DNA of 63,855 bases, counting the filler. It is 4 parts of 4 records of this genome, joined end to end, with 100 filler letters (N's around TTAATTAATTAA, not from the genome) between each part and the next. Parts side by side here need not be neighbours in the genome. Positions count along the whole stretch, not along the records: positions 1 to 30,726 come from DRR378314_925; 3 more parts are not named here. The stretch is one strand, 5' to 3'. The notes beneath the pieces are model-generated. The model did no database searches, had not been told where the DNA came from, and worked only from the letters and a program-made list of their open reading frames with translations. Below, piece after piece: positions 12,279 to 24,104 of the stretch (positions are counted from its first letter, which is position 1; the number at the start of each line of letters is the position of its first letter). The translations under genes and the position numbers were made by a program.

Positions 12279-14938
12279 ATGACTGGTGTACATATCCGCT
12301 CGCGCGAGCAGCTTGATGCGCTTGATGACTTGCTGCGCCAAGTTTCGAAGGCGCAGCTCGATGTTGCCGCTGTGCCGCCTCCGACACGGAAAGCGCTGCA
12401 AACGCAGCTTGAGAGGGTACGCCGGCTTGAACAGGACCGGCTCCCACCGCAGAAAGACCATGATTTCTTTTTACGCAAAATTGTTTTGTTTCTGTTTATC
12501 TTCACTTGGTATTCTTTGTGTGGTAGATTTATTCGCGCGCTTGTTCGTTGTGCACTGTGGCGTCTTTGCTTTTTCCGCCGGGTGTGCGGCTTGCTGGTGT
12601 GAACAGCTCTCTGCCGTCGCTCCTTGGCGCTTCGTCAATCTCCTACGTTTGTATTTACAATGGTGGTCGCGTTCACTTGTCTTCATTCTCGCGATGAAGC
12701 GAAGTGCTTTGGTAATGACATTTTTGGTAAATTGGATAGTTTTGAAGAGTATGTCCTTGTTTTCCGGCGGCGCGTACGCTATTGCGATTCGGTAGAGCTC
12801 AAGAGGGTCTAGCGCGGGCTGTCGCTGTGTGTTGAGCGCGGCCGTGGCAATGCCGTGCACCGCTTTCCGCACGAGAGTGCGATGCTTTCCTGCGACGCTC
12901 TTTCCCTTTACGCCCCTCTGTACAAGTCCCCGCAAGTAGCGCGCCGTACAGGCATTTACTTTTATCATTTATAGAATGCAAATTTGTACTGTGTATCATC
13001 CCCGTTGTTTCCTCGAACAAGAAGCGTTTGTCTGCGGGCCAGAGAGCTGCTGTGTGGTGCCTCCGCCCTGTGGTTCTTTCTGGTGGGTAGCGCGTGGGCG
13101 CTCGCCTCAATGGCTGCGTCGTCCTGTTGCGCTGTTTTGTTTTGTTTTTTTCTTGTGCGTGCTCTTGTTCGTTTTCTTTTTCCTTTGCCGGATCGTGGCT
13201 CTAATGTAAAGCGTGTAGTACATCGTGCAATCTTATGTATTCTTGTGTCGTAATGCGGTAATGATGTGCACACGGGTTCGTTGTTAATACGTGTCCTTGT
13301 CGGACCGCAAAGTGGCTGACTTTGTTTGTCCTTTCGATCCTGGTCGCGTTGCTCGCGCAGATTACCGTCGGCATCTCCGAGCGTATTCGGCGCAATGTCA
13401 CCATCGAAGACGAGGCATGGGAGCCCAAACAGCCGGAAGAGGAGACGGTACGTCGCGCGCGTTGAGTTTGTGTGCTTTCGCGTGTAGAGCTACAGTGCAA
13501 AGAAGGACCTGACTGCTGCAATCTCCTGTTCCGCCTGCCTACAATCTGCTGTCGCGGCGCAGATGGAGCCTGTGAGCACTAATTTGCAGCGCGAAGTAAA
13601 GGAGCTCGAAAGCTATGTCAAGACGCTTGCAGCGAACGTGAGCGAATTGCGCGAAAGTGTACCAAAGGTCCGGCCTTGTGGAGCTGAATCATCAGCCTTG
13701 TGTGCATAACGAGCATCTTTCGTTCCGGACCAGCATGCCGGTAACGCTGCGTGTGAGAGCAGAATGCGATCCCCCATGTCGGGTCCACCGAATCGCTTTG
13801 TGGAACGTACTGATACACTGTGTTCGTTTGTCGAATTGCTTCTTTTTTAATTGCATTGCACAGCGCGTTGCTGAGCTGCAGCAGCTTCAGCTCGCCAAAG
13901 CATTTGCCCGCATCCAGGAAGCTGTCCAACAAGAGAAGGAGAACGCCGCTGGCCACAAGCGCAAGGCAGACGCGTGTTCCCAGGAGAACATTCGCTCTGC
14001 TCTCAAGTCAGCCGCAAAACTCTCGGGCAAGGCGGCAGCGCTGCGAAGTTCTCTTGCATGTACGTGCATCACATCACGTGTTCGTTGAACAGCGTTTGCG
14101 TGGAGAATACCTGTATCTGGGGAAGTGTGGGTTGGGATGCTGCGTGCTTGCGCGGCGTGGCAAGTCGCGTAGATAGCGAAACCCCGGTCGTGGGTAGGCG
14201 AGGTTCTCTCTTGCAAGGTGCGAAACGCGATGCGCTGCGTCTAATTCTTGCTGATTTTGCGTTGTACTGTGCGGGGTGTGCTTTCTCAGTGAACACGGAG
14301 CAATCAACCGAGGTGCTGAGAGCACTGGAGGCGTCGAACGAGCCAAAGAGCTCGGTGGAAAAGGCGCTAGAAGACGGTGCGTGGCCAGAAAAGCTCGGCG
14401 CGAATATGCTGTGCAAGTGCAAAGGGCGGACGGCGCAGCCGTCGTCTTCACTATGGCATTCTTCCTGTCCTTCGCTCAACCATATGTGCAGCTGTATCAG
14501 TTTCGTTCGAGTTGACTTTGGGATGCACACGTTGGGTACTATTTCGCAGCTGTTTGAGTGCTCGTACTACTGCATTGACTTTGGTGTTTGTTTGTTTGTT
14601 TTCCCTCATGCAGAGGAGAACAACGGAGCCAACGATCCTGCCAAGCGATCCCGCCGCCGGTGCGTTAATTGTGCTTTCGGAACCGGCGGTAAACTTGTAC
14701 TAGTACAATGCTTGTAATTGTGCGATGGATAAGGAAAAAAGCAGGGCAACTGGCTAACCCTAAGAAAGAATGGAGAACCAGACTGAAATTGAGCAAGGCA
14801 AGGGATGCGGAATCATAGAGCGGCGCTACATAGTCTTGGTTTGCTATTGACAGCACCTGTCAATTCTTTTTTCGCTCTTTATTTCGTCGCGATGCGGACT
14901 ACTGCAGAATCGCGTTGTCGCTGCGCGATCGTGGATAA
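12279..14938 (+). CDS. Probable kinetochore Mis12-complex subunit Nsl1/Mis14-like coiled-coil protein, ~7 exons
   Basis: Phase-compatible exons: MTGVHIRSREQLDALDDLLRQVSKAQLD...|ITVGISERIRRNVTIEDEAW...|MEPVSTNLQREVKELESYVKTLAANVSELRESVPK|RVAELQQ... The EP...L..EV..LE.......V..LR..VP pattern resembles the Mis14 domain. The last exon is uncertain (alternative stop 14717). Confidence 0.55.
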
Positions 14939-15232
14939 TGGGACGGTGTACCCTCGTCATGTACAACTCGGCGCCACTGACTGTGCGTCCAGCCGGGATG
15001 AGTTTTCCGAACTGCGTGCTTCCAGCGCGATCTTTAGAGGAACGACGCGTTTTGCTCAGCTTCATCTCTGAAGAATAACAAGAAGAACCGCGACGCCTTT
15101 CTTCCACGGCACCGCACGTATGCTGGGAACACAGTATACACATTCTTCGGGGCGCGTACGCGGATTTGTCGGCAACGGAACGCTGACTGTGTATAAGTGA
15201 TACAAAGAAAGAGCAGTGAATAAAAGCAAACG

Positions 15233-18200
15233 CTACATGTCGAATTGCTGGTATCCGATGCCCTGGCTGTACACCACGGGCGCCGTAGGCGCAGAAGGCA
15301 CGTAAGCCCGCGTGACTACCACCGGCGCCCGTTGGTTCCGCTTCGAGTAAATCATCACCCCTGCAACGAGGGCAGCAATAACGGCAACAATGCTGTTGCC
15401 GCAATATTATGCGTCGGTGCAGCACATGCGGACGCCGTTAGATGGATGCAGTGCGCTGCGGTAAAGGAGCGGAGGCGCCCGAAAGCGCGCGCACGCTGCT
15501 GCCAAGCGTCCTCGGGCACAAACGTACACAAGCGCGACTGCCGTCGTCGAGAGCCCATCGTCGCCGTTCGAGGGCGTACTCGCATACGCATTGCACATTG
15601 CCGTGCGACTTCCATACGGTACTTGTCCAACCATAGAAGGAGCGAGCGAGAGCTCTGCCCACCAAAATAGAGGCCAGGAAAGGCGCAGAAATCGCGGTTA
15701 CCGATAGTGCCACAGCAGCGTGCCAGCCCAGCAGCTTGGCGAGTGGGCCACCGAGCAATGCTGTTCTTTTTTTCTTCTTTTTTACCAGACACGCGAACAA
15801 CGCTGTCACGCTTACTAGGACACTGATATACGCACGCTGAAACTAGGAAGAGCGTGAAACTGCATGAATACTTGGAAGCTCCCTCCGCGCTGTGCCATCG
15901 AGCACGGCAGCAACTTTCGCACTCCACGGGCAGTCTAGCCGTTCCGTGAGACTTGCACAGCACCGAAGAGACACGGCACATACACGTGCATGGAAGCACA
16001 TGCGCTGCCCACAAGGCAGAGAACACAAGAAAAATCGCTGTAATAATGCCTGTGTTCATGTTGTTCTCTGTAACGCTAAGAGCCCAAACGTGGAACAGTT
16101 CTTTTGAAACGCACGTGACCCCCCCGCATCACGGTTCGGCGCGAACCGCAGATTGCCAGATCCAACGTCGAAGCTGATATACTGGGCGCGGAAGAACGGA
16201 TCGCCCCAGATGGCCTGAACTTCCGAAACCGTTGACCTATAACACGTTCGCGCAAAGGAAACGACGCAACCCGTGCGGATAATATGCTTTCATGTCAGGA
16301 CTGCACCACTTCTGTAGTGATGAGCGTAAGGAGATGCGCGCTCCACGCACGACCCTACTCGTCTTGCCAAGGTCGCGCAGCGCGCGCCCTCGCGACACCG
16401 CGCCGATTTCCGCACGACACACGCGAATCTCCCAGAGCACTATAATTCGAACGCGATACGCGTCAAACTTACGGAAGGGGAGAGAAGAGACCTGCACATA
16501 TGTTTCCGAAATCAGGGTGATTATCCATTTTCGCCAGCAACTCTGTCGGCTTGATCGCCAGGGCAGCGCCAGAGGGAAGATTGATCACAAAATCGTTGAA
16601 GCACGTCGAGCAAGACCCATCAGGGCAGCGATAATATACTATTGAGGAAGACACAAGAGAAGAGATGGCGGAAAAGAGGGGTTCGGATCAGTGCCTACGA
16701 CGGGTGAAGAGCAGAAGCCAGACCATTGCCACCACTGGGCTGTGCTAAGAACGGAAACGTCTAGCAATTGCTGCGTCAAGCAGATGCATTGCCCGAGCAG
16801 TGTTGCGAGTCCGTGGAACACCGCAAAGCTATCGGCAAGTGTACAACGGACATCCACGACAGCAAAAATGATGCATATTTTGGTTCTGGATCGTACATGG
16901 AAATACCATCAACCCAAAAACCAATTGCTATCGCAAATTCGTGAATAGGACGTGCAATCACGCTATAACAGGAAGTTTGTGGCAACCATAAAAGGCGAAA
17001 AATGCACAAGGATTTCAGCTGGGTAGAGTTTGGCCAGAGAGCGTTTGCGCGATCGCACGTGTCTGCGTGCACGGCAATCACCGCTCCGCCATGTGCCAAG
17101 GTGATATTCACGACAACGTACGGGTCAAGCTGGTATTTCGGTGAATCATTTGCGCTGTGTCTTTTGCAAGCGCGTCGCCAATCGGGCAGTACATTGCCTG
17201 TGGGACAGCAATGAGAGAAGTTCCTGCACAGGTTCGATCGCGGTCGAGTGAATGACAACGCAGCAGCACGACGCGAGATTGCCGCTTTAGTCTCATGGAT
17301 GTCCTCCAATCAAAATCTATCCTGATATTCACCCTGTGTAATGTGTGCGACAGTAGCCGCCCCGCCTCTGCGCCCGGCTAGCGCAGAATGGATTTCGCAT
17401 CCGGGGCAACCCATTCCACGCGCTTTCGGTCACATACAAAAGCGATGCAGTTCACAGCACTTACTGCAACCAACTGGCAGCACTGTACGTGGATTCTGCT
17501 ACAGAAGGAACCGTGAGACAACGCGGACGCAATGTCGGCAAAGGTATTGTGATCGTTTATACACTGCACCCTGCGGTGCGGTTCTGGCGCACCTGAATCA
17601 GCGATTCCCTGCAGATTCGCCGAATACTCGATTTCGGTTCCTAGTGATCGGACGGAGAGAGAATGCACACCACCCAACCGTGCCCGCGAAAATCAATACG
17701 ATTCCAACGCTCTGTAGCCAGGAATCCAAGGTACGCAAGAGCAGAGTGCAAAGCGAGGTCGCCTCCATAGCGGTATCAGGCGCTGAAACTGCTAATATGG
17801 CACAACGTACCGTTGATCGTTACTGATTGAGCAGCAAAGAGGTACCAAGGAAAATCATCTGGGCCATTGTACTGCATAAAAGGTGACAATGTACATATAC
17901 ACGCGAGATACGGACAGAGTAAGGTGGACGTCTTGAAAACAGAAAAAAACCGCACGCAAATAGACGCACGAAAATACGGTAAAATGCTGGCATGGACTCG
18001 CAGCGAACACAGAGCAATCGCGGTCGTTGTAACCCCTTTGCACAGCGAGGCGTCGGTGGGCCGATTGCATGGATGGGCTACCGACGACAATTACCCCGCA
18101 CGTTTCACATCCGTGCGATCAATTGGAACAATTCTATAAATGCATATGAGCACAGACCTGTAAAAGCGGGGTGCTTGTAAAGTCTTCGTCCACGACCGGT

Positions 18201-21200
18201 TTGACCGCCCAACGATACAACAGCAGGACGAACACGCATCGGCGAGTACAGAATCAGTCATGCAAAGATGAGCTTAATATGCGCATCGAATATCAACTCC
18301 ATCTCTCCCTTTCGTGTACAAGCAATCGAACGTACGATGGAAAATGGCTTTACCTCCCTGGCGTACGATGAACGCGCAGGATGCGCAGTTCAACGACTAA
18401 AACTTGGCAACATGCGGCGCTTCCCTGCGCGTGCCGTGTGGCACACAGACACATTCAGGCAAGTATGGAGTTCGCTACCTCTTCTGCCACATTTTAACGC
18501 TATACCGGACCTTGCGGACAAGATTTTTGTAGAAAAATTTGCTGAAACGGACGACATTCACTACGGGAGCTGCAGGGGAACCCATTCCCATCTTGGGGCG
18601 CAGCGACGTGCGTAGTGCCTTTCTTCGTCACCTCTGCGCCAAAGAGACCCACGTAGTGGCGCTGCCTAAGTCGCTGGTTCGCAGCCGCGCACCGTACCTG
18701 TTCCCGGTTGCATGAGCGAGGGATCGGTACCGCCGAGAATCAGCTCTGAGCCACCATTTAGTGCCGTTATGAATAAAGAAAACTCGTAATTCTCGGGCGC
18801 AAACTGCACATCAGTCGCCACCGTGGGCACAGGCCGAGGAGCAGTCCGCAGAACGTGCGCCACACGCACAGCCAGCAACGACGCGTACCGGTAAATCGCA
18901 GAAAAACGGGATCCCGCGCGGCAGATAGAAATATTGCTGAATCCTGAATAATAATATATAGTCTGCGATACACACGAAATTAAGTTTGGAAGCATCCGAC
19001 GTCGGAGTGTGCTGCCACCAGGCAGGAGCGCTTATTATCTACGGCAGGTCCACCTTTGCGTATGCGTACCTTGCTAAATACATTCTGCACAACCGTTTTA
19101 TAATTCTGTTGTCCAAACCACGGCGTCACGCGAGGCCCTGCGATTCCCAGGCTTAGAGACATCAGCGTAGACGGCATAGAAAGAGAGGATACCTCTTAAA
19201 ATTCTGAAAAAAAAACAGTCTTGCACCACAGCACTGTCGGAAGGAAATGCGCAGCTGCACGCTCAGCGGTCGTGTGCGAAGCAACACAGTCGTGCTAGGA
19301 CCATGGATCGCTATGGTGTCAGCCCAATGCACAGCTCTTGGCATACATGCACACAAAAACGCCCTGTTAAATAAGCCCCTTAAACATTACAGAAAAAAAT
19401 TGAAAGCTAAGCGGGGAAAAGTACTGGGGGGCACGCATAGCGCGGGATAAGCGAGGAGGTTGCTGTAGCACACGTACATTCCCGGAACGCTGAAGGAGAA
19501 AAACATTGTGTCGACAGTGACGAAGTACTGCCGGCCAATCGAGACGCCGTTGGCGCGTCCAATGGTGACATTTTCGATACCCAATGACCCTTGCGCAGAT
19601 CCACTTCCGTACTTGTATTATGCACACAACGGATATGACATAACGCGCAATCAGTTTGAGAGAAATCGCGTACATAGCGGCACAGGGCAAAGCTTGCAGC
19701 TACAGTCCAGCTTGCAATAACGAAGAGTGCCTACGAAGTGCTGTGCCGCAAGAGGGTATACCGACACGTATATAGCGCTTCGCGCACAGATCTCTGCAAT
19801 AGCATCAATGGAAATCATACGTCTCTATGTATCGATTCATTCCTTGCATACGATGGTAAGGAGAGGAAAGTCGATATCACGCAAAGTAAAAGAGAAAAAA
19901 ATATCACACGCAAGCACGCAGTAACAGAAGAAAACCAGCGTGCAGCGGCCTTGCAGCACACCCTTGTCGATCGCCACAGCGCTCATTCTCATCACCGACC
20001 GAATTGCGCACCATTACCAGGTAAAACCATAGCATGCAAGAAATCAAACTCACCTGCAAAATAACATCGTTGTATTGTGAAGGTCCGGCCGTGTAGGACG
20101 GGGTGGGCGAGTAGCCGCCGTTTGGAAGCGCTGGGCACCCATAGCAGTACTCCCCCGAAACAAATAGAACGCTGCGCAGTCGTGGAGGAGCGGGCGACGA
20201 ACCCAGCCACGCGTTATTGGAGCAGGCGCATCTGCAATTAACCTATCGAATTAACAAAAGGTTTTTTCATTGAGCAACTATTCTGGGACTGTAGATACAG
20301 TTTGATGCCAAATCGGCCAACGAAATTCGCTGAAACGCCGGCTAGAACGAGTGTCGTGCTCGAGGATCACAAGCCAAACGTACGACGACCCGGTATCGAC
20401 CTGCAGATGGAACGTTTGCTCGGCGTTGGCCCCAAACGAAACAGATGCATAGTAAGCAAACTCTGTCGACGTTGTCGTAACCGGTATGTCAATGTTTTTC
20501 GTGCCAAAAAGATGGGCGGCGCGTTTATGGGCTGGGGAGCGGGAAGAACACAGCGCGCCACAGCAAGAGTGAGTGAGTGCCTCGGCCAACCCGCTGTGCA
20601 GCGACTGCCCTGGCTGCCCGCGGGTAGCTTCTCCCGTGCGTTGTGCACTCGGAGGAACCCAAACCACGGACTGCAAGCTCAATGAACTGTCATCACAGAG
20701 TCATTCCTAGCAACATGTACTTCATTGTATCTTGTTTGGGACATAAAGCTAGGGTGTTTTCCACCCCGGGAGCGGGGGGCGCATCCTGCTCCAGCAGCAC
20801 CAGCTGCTCGCCAGCTACGTCAAGAGCCCGTAGAGTGAGAAGGGCGGAACGTGCAGAGGAGCAAGAGCAGCAGCAGCGCAACTGAAGGGCCGACGTGCGA
20901 GCCGCGATCTCACGCGAAGCACAAGCTCCCAGGCAACATCCACGGACCAAGAGAATACCATCATTTCTAACCAGCAACGTACATCATCTAGTTCGTTAGC
21001 ACGACAGGTGCCTTTGGTGTACTGCGCTGAAGCAAACGGCTGCGCAAGCACCAGACGGGGACAGTTGCAGTAATGCCAACCGGGGTCCGCAGAGGACTCC
21101 CAGCGCGCGCCGCCTGCACAAGCACGTACCTTGCTGCGCACTGGTACCGTCGCGTACAACATCAACTGGGAGCCGCACAAATTCTGCACTTCCTACAGCA

Positions 21201-21247
21201 ACAAGTAATCCTATGAGGAAACAATGAATTAGGAGAAGAGCCTTCAT
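15233..21247 (-). CDS. Pepsin-like (A1) aspartic protease with signal peptide and C-terminal membrane anchor, multi-exon
   Basis: Signal peptide MKALLLIHCFLIGLLVAVGSA, YYASVSF...LQVDTGSS (catalytic Asp1), flap YGSG, ELILGGTD, GIADSG (Asp2) and AIWGDPFFRAQYISFD...LRFA. A hydrophobic segment follows, then a tail ending GYQQFDM*. Confidence 0.88.
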
Positions 21248-21813
21248 GGCTTCTAACAAGCCGCGGCAAACGCCACAGTGAACGGAGGGACGACGTTGGG
21301 AGCGGTGCGAAAGCAACGGGCAGCGGCTGCACCGGCGGCACGAATGCTCTGCAAACCGGACGGTCTGGTTCGGCACTGTTTGCTGTTCTAGGGCTGTGAA
21401 TGTCTGATTGACCGCTACTGTACAGCCGCCTTCACTCTCCTTGCCAACTTGTGCGCACATATTGAACACAGACATGCGTACGAATGAGCAGCAACGCTTT
21501 GCCTGCGCAAGCGCCTACATCTGACAGAACAAAGCGGGAAGAATATTTTGGACAGTTGTCAATGCCAAGCTGGTTTGCGCGGCTGGCAGCGAGCGCACTC
21601 ATGTCATAAGGGCACAGTCCGGGTGGTTTACACGGGCTGCTGCTGACGCGCGGAAACTCGACGCGGAGTTTCCTACGCCGGAGAGCAGCTCACAGTCCGA
21701 CCTGCGAGGCTGTCTCGCTGGCAAAGGCATCGCTCTCGCACAGATAGCCCAACATAGCGTCGCCCTCAGGGGAAATCTTTCCCTGTTTTGTCAAATTGCC
21801 TTGCACAGCAACT

Positions 21814-23645
21814 ATGAGCAGCGAGGCAGCAGAGCTCCTGATTCTGCCGCTGCAGGTGGCCGCACTCGGCGCCGCGTGGCTCGCCGTGGCAGCACGTGTT
21901 GCGTGGGGCGCAACACGCAGCGCTCTCGGTGTGTTTCTCGCAGGAACCTCAGTGGATACGCCCAGTATATCATGTACGCACGCACTGATTACGGGTGCAT
22001 CTAGCGGGCTTGGTGCGGAGTTGGCTGTGCAGCTTGCGCGGACGCGTCCTGGCGTCCGGCTGACTCTGTGCGGCCGCAATCGCGCACGGCTGGCAGAAGT
22101 GCGTGCCGCTTGTGAGCAGAACGGGGCAGAGGTACGAAGTTGCGCTCTGCGCGTATCGGTACATTGCTCCAACTATCGAAGCCGGTTGATAATATTGAAT
22201 GGGTTCATCTGCGCGTAGTTGGTTTCGTTCGCTTGAGAGACGGGTCGTGGATTGCGTCCTTTCTTGCGCGCTGCTAACGCACGAATGATCTCGCGCTGCT
22301 CTTGCGCGTACGCTCTCCTGGCGGTACCGCGCTTGCACAGGTCAATGAATACTGTGGCAGCGTTGCCGAAGGCAAATTTGCTGCGTTTGTCACCGCACTT
22401 GATCGTCGAGATCCAGTAGATCTAGTCGTTGCTTCGGCAGGGGTGTCGCGAAACGGTGTTCAAAGCGAAAGCTACGCCCAACGTGCGCAGACAATCATCG
22501 ACACGTACGTGCAAAACTTCCGCTTCCTCACCTCGGAGTCTGCACGCGCTGTGATTCCCACGCCCGCTTGTGCACTCTTGCCGTGCTCATCGTTACCCTA
22601 TGATGTGTTATCGATTGTCCTTTCTCTTGTAGATCAATACAAGGCACGCTATCAGCGATTTTACCCGTACTCGAAGGAATGCGCGCGCGTAAGAGCGGCC
22701 GCATCGTGCTCCTCTCGTCGCTCGCAGGTTTCGCCTGCCTGCCGAATACTCCTGCGTACGGAGCTGCCAAGGTCAGTGCGCTTTGCGAAGTTTGCGAGGC
22801 AAAACATAGCATAGCCGCGAAAGATAGTCCCCCAAAGGCCCGGTTGTTTTGGTTTGTTTTTTATTTTTTGATCCGAACTCCAGTAGGCTGCAGTCGCAAA
22901 TAGTCTTATGGGCGTGTGCGCGTTACGGCGAATTACATCGTACGCAACATGTCGCAGGCATTTCTGCGGCTGTTTGGCTTGACACTTGCGCCGCTGGTGG
23001 CGGGAGAAGGCGTGTCGGTGACGGTCGTCTGCCCCGGGTATGTGGATACGCCTCACGTGCAGAAGAACACGGTGCGTTTTGCGCCCCATCATTTCACCAT
23101 CCCATAATTATGCACACGGTATGGGTTGTTAAAATATACGTACACGTACTGCCGAACTACATGCGGGCCGGTGCAGAATGTTTCCGCAGGTGCCTCACCC
23201 CGGGCCGTTGTTTCGTTATTCGCAAGCGCGCCGCAGAAACGACAATCGTCTGTTGCGCACCCCTACTGACAGGATCAAGAATGATCGTGCTGTGCGCTGT
23301 TGAACCTCGCAGTTTCGAATGCCGTTTTTGGTGAAAACAAAGGATGCAGTGAATGCAATCATACGGGGCGCCGAAGATCGCAAACCGCTTGTAGCATTCC
23401 CGTTTCCAAGTGCGTTCTCGAGTACGAAGGGCTGCTCTTCGAGGTGCTTCTGCGCAGTGTCGGCTCACTGTACTTGAAATCCAGACCCGCTTACGGCCGT
23501 GTTTCTCAATTGTGCGACTCCTTGTACTTGACACAATGCAGTGTATGCAATTGTCCGAATATTATCGATCCTTCCCCCGACACTTGTTGTCGCCATCGTT
23601 CAGTGGATGAAACGCCGCGGCGTCGACTGGGCGCGGGTTGGATAA
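21814..23645 (+). CDS. Short-chain dehydrogenase/reductase with N-terminal hydrophobic segment, ~6 exons
   Basis: ITGASSGLG Rossmann motif, LSSLAG, catalytic YGAAK, VCPGYVDT and FRMPFLV...VAFP. The final exon ends TAA at 23643-23645. Confidence 0.88.
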
Positions 23646-24104
23646 GGAAAGGGTTTGCTCGCGCAGATGGTGCTGTTGTGTATCGCCAGCGCTGCCTGCG
23701 GCAAGAAAACGACCGGATCCAGTCCCGAGCAAATCAGCTCCTGTACTCGTGGTATAAAGTGTACCTCGAATGGCTTATGGATGTGGCAGCAAGGCCCGGC
23801 AAGACTGCTTCCCTGGTGGTGTGCGCGTTGCCTGCCCCGCGCCATACGCTGCCGTATACCCGCTCAACACAACGGCATAAACGCCGGCAATCTGATCAAA
23901 AGATTGAAATAAATACATCAATCGGAATCACGGCTGCGTATCCCTTGACTCCTCAAACTAGGGTTTACCAGGACCTGTGCCCTCCCCCCCTTTTGATTGA
24001 CCAGCTCTCCCGGCTCCTGCACGAGCAGCCGCACGTATTTGCGAGCTTTGACGTTGCACCATCCAGCGGCGTTTTGTTTGTTTGTCGTGTTGGTCGTTGC
24101 TGCA

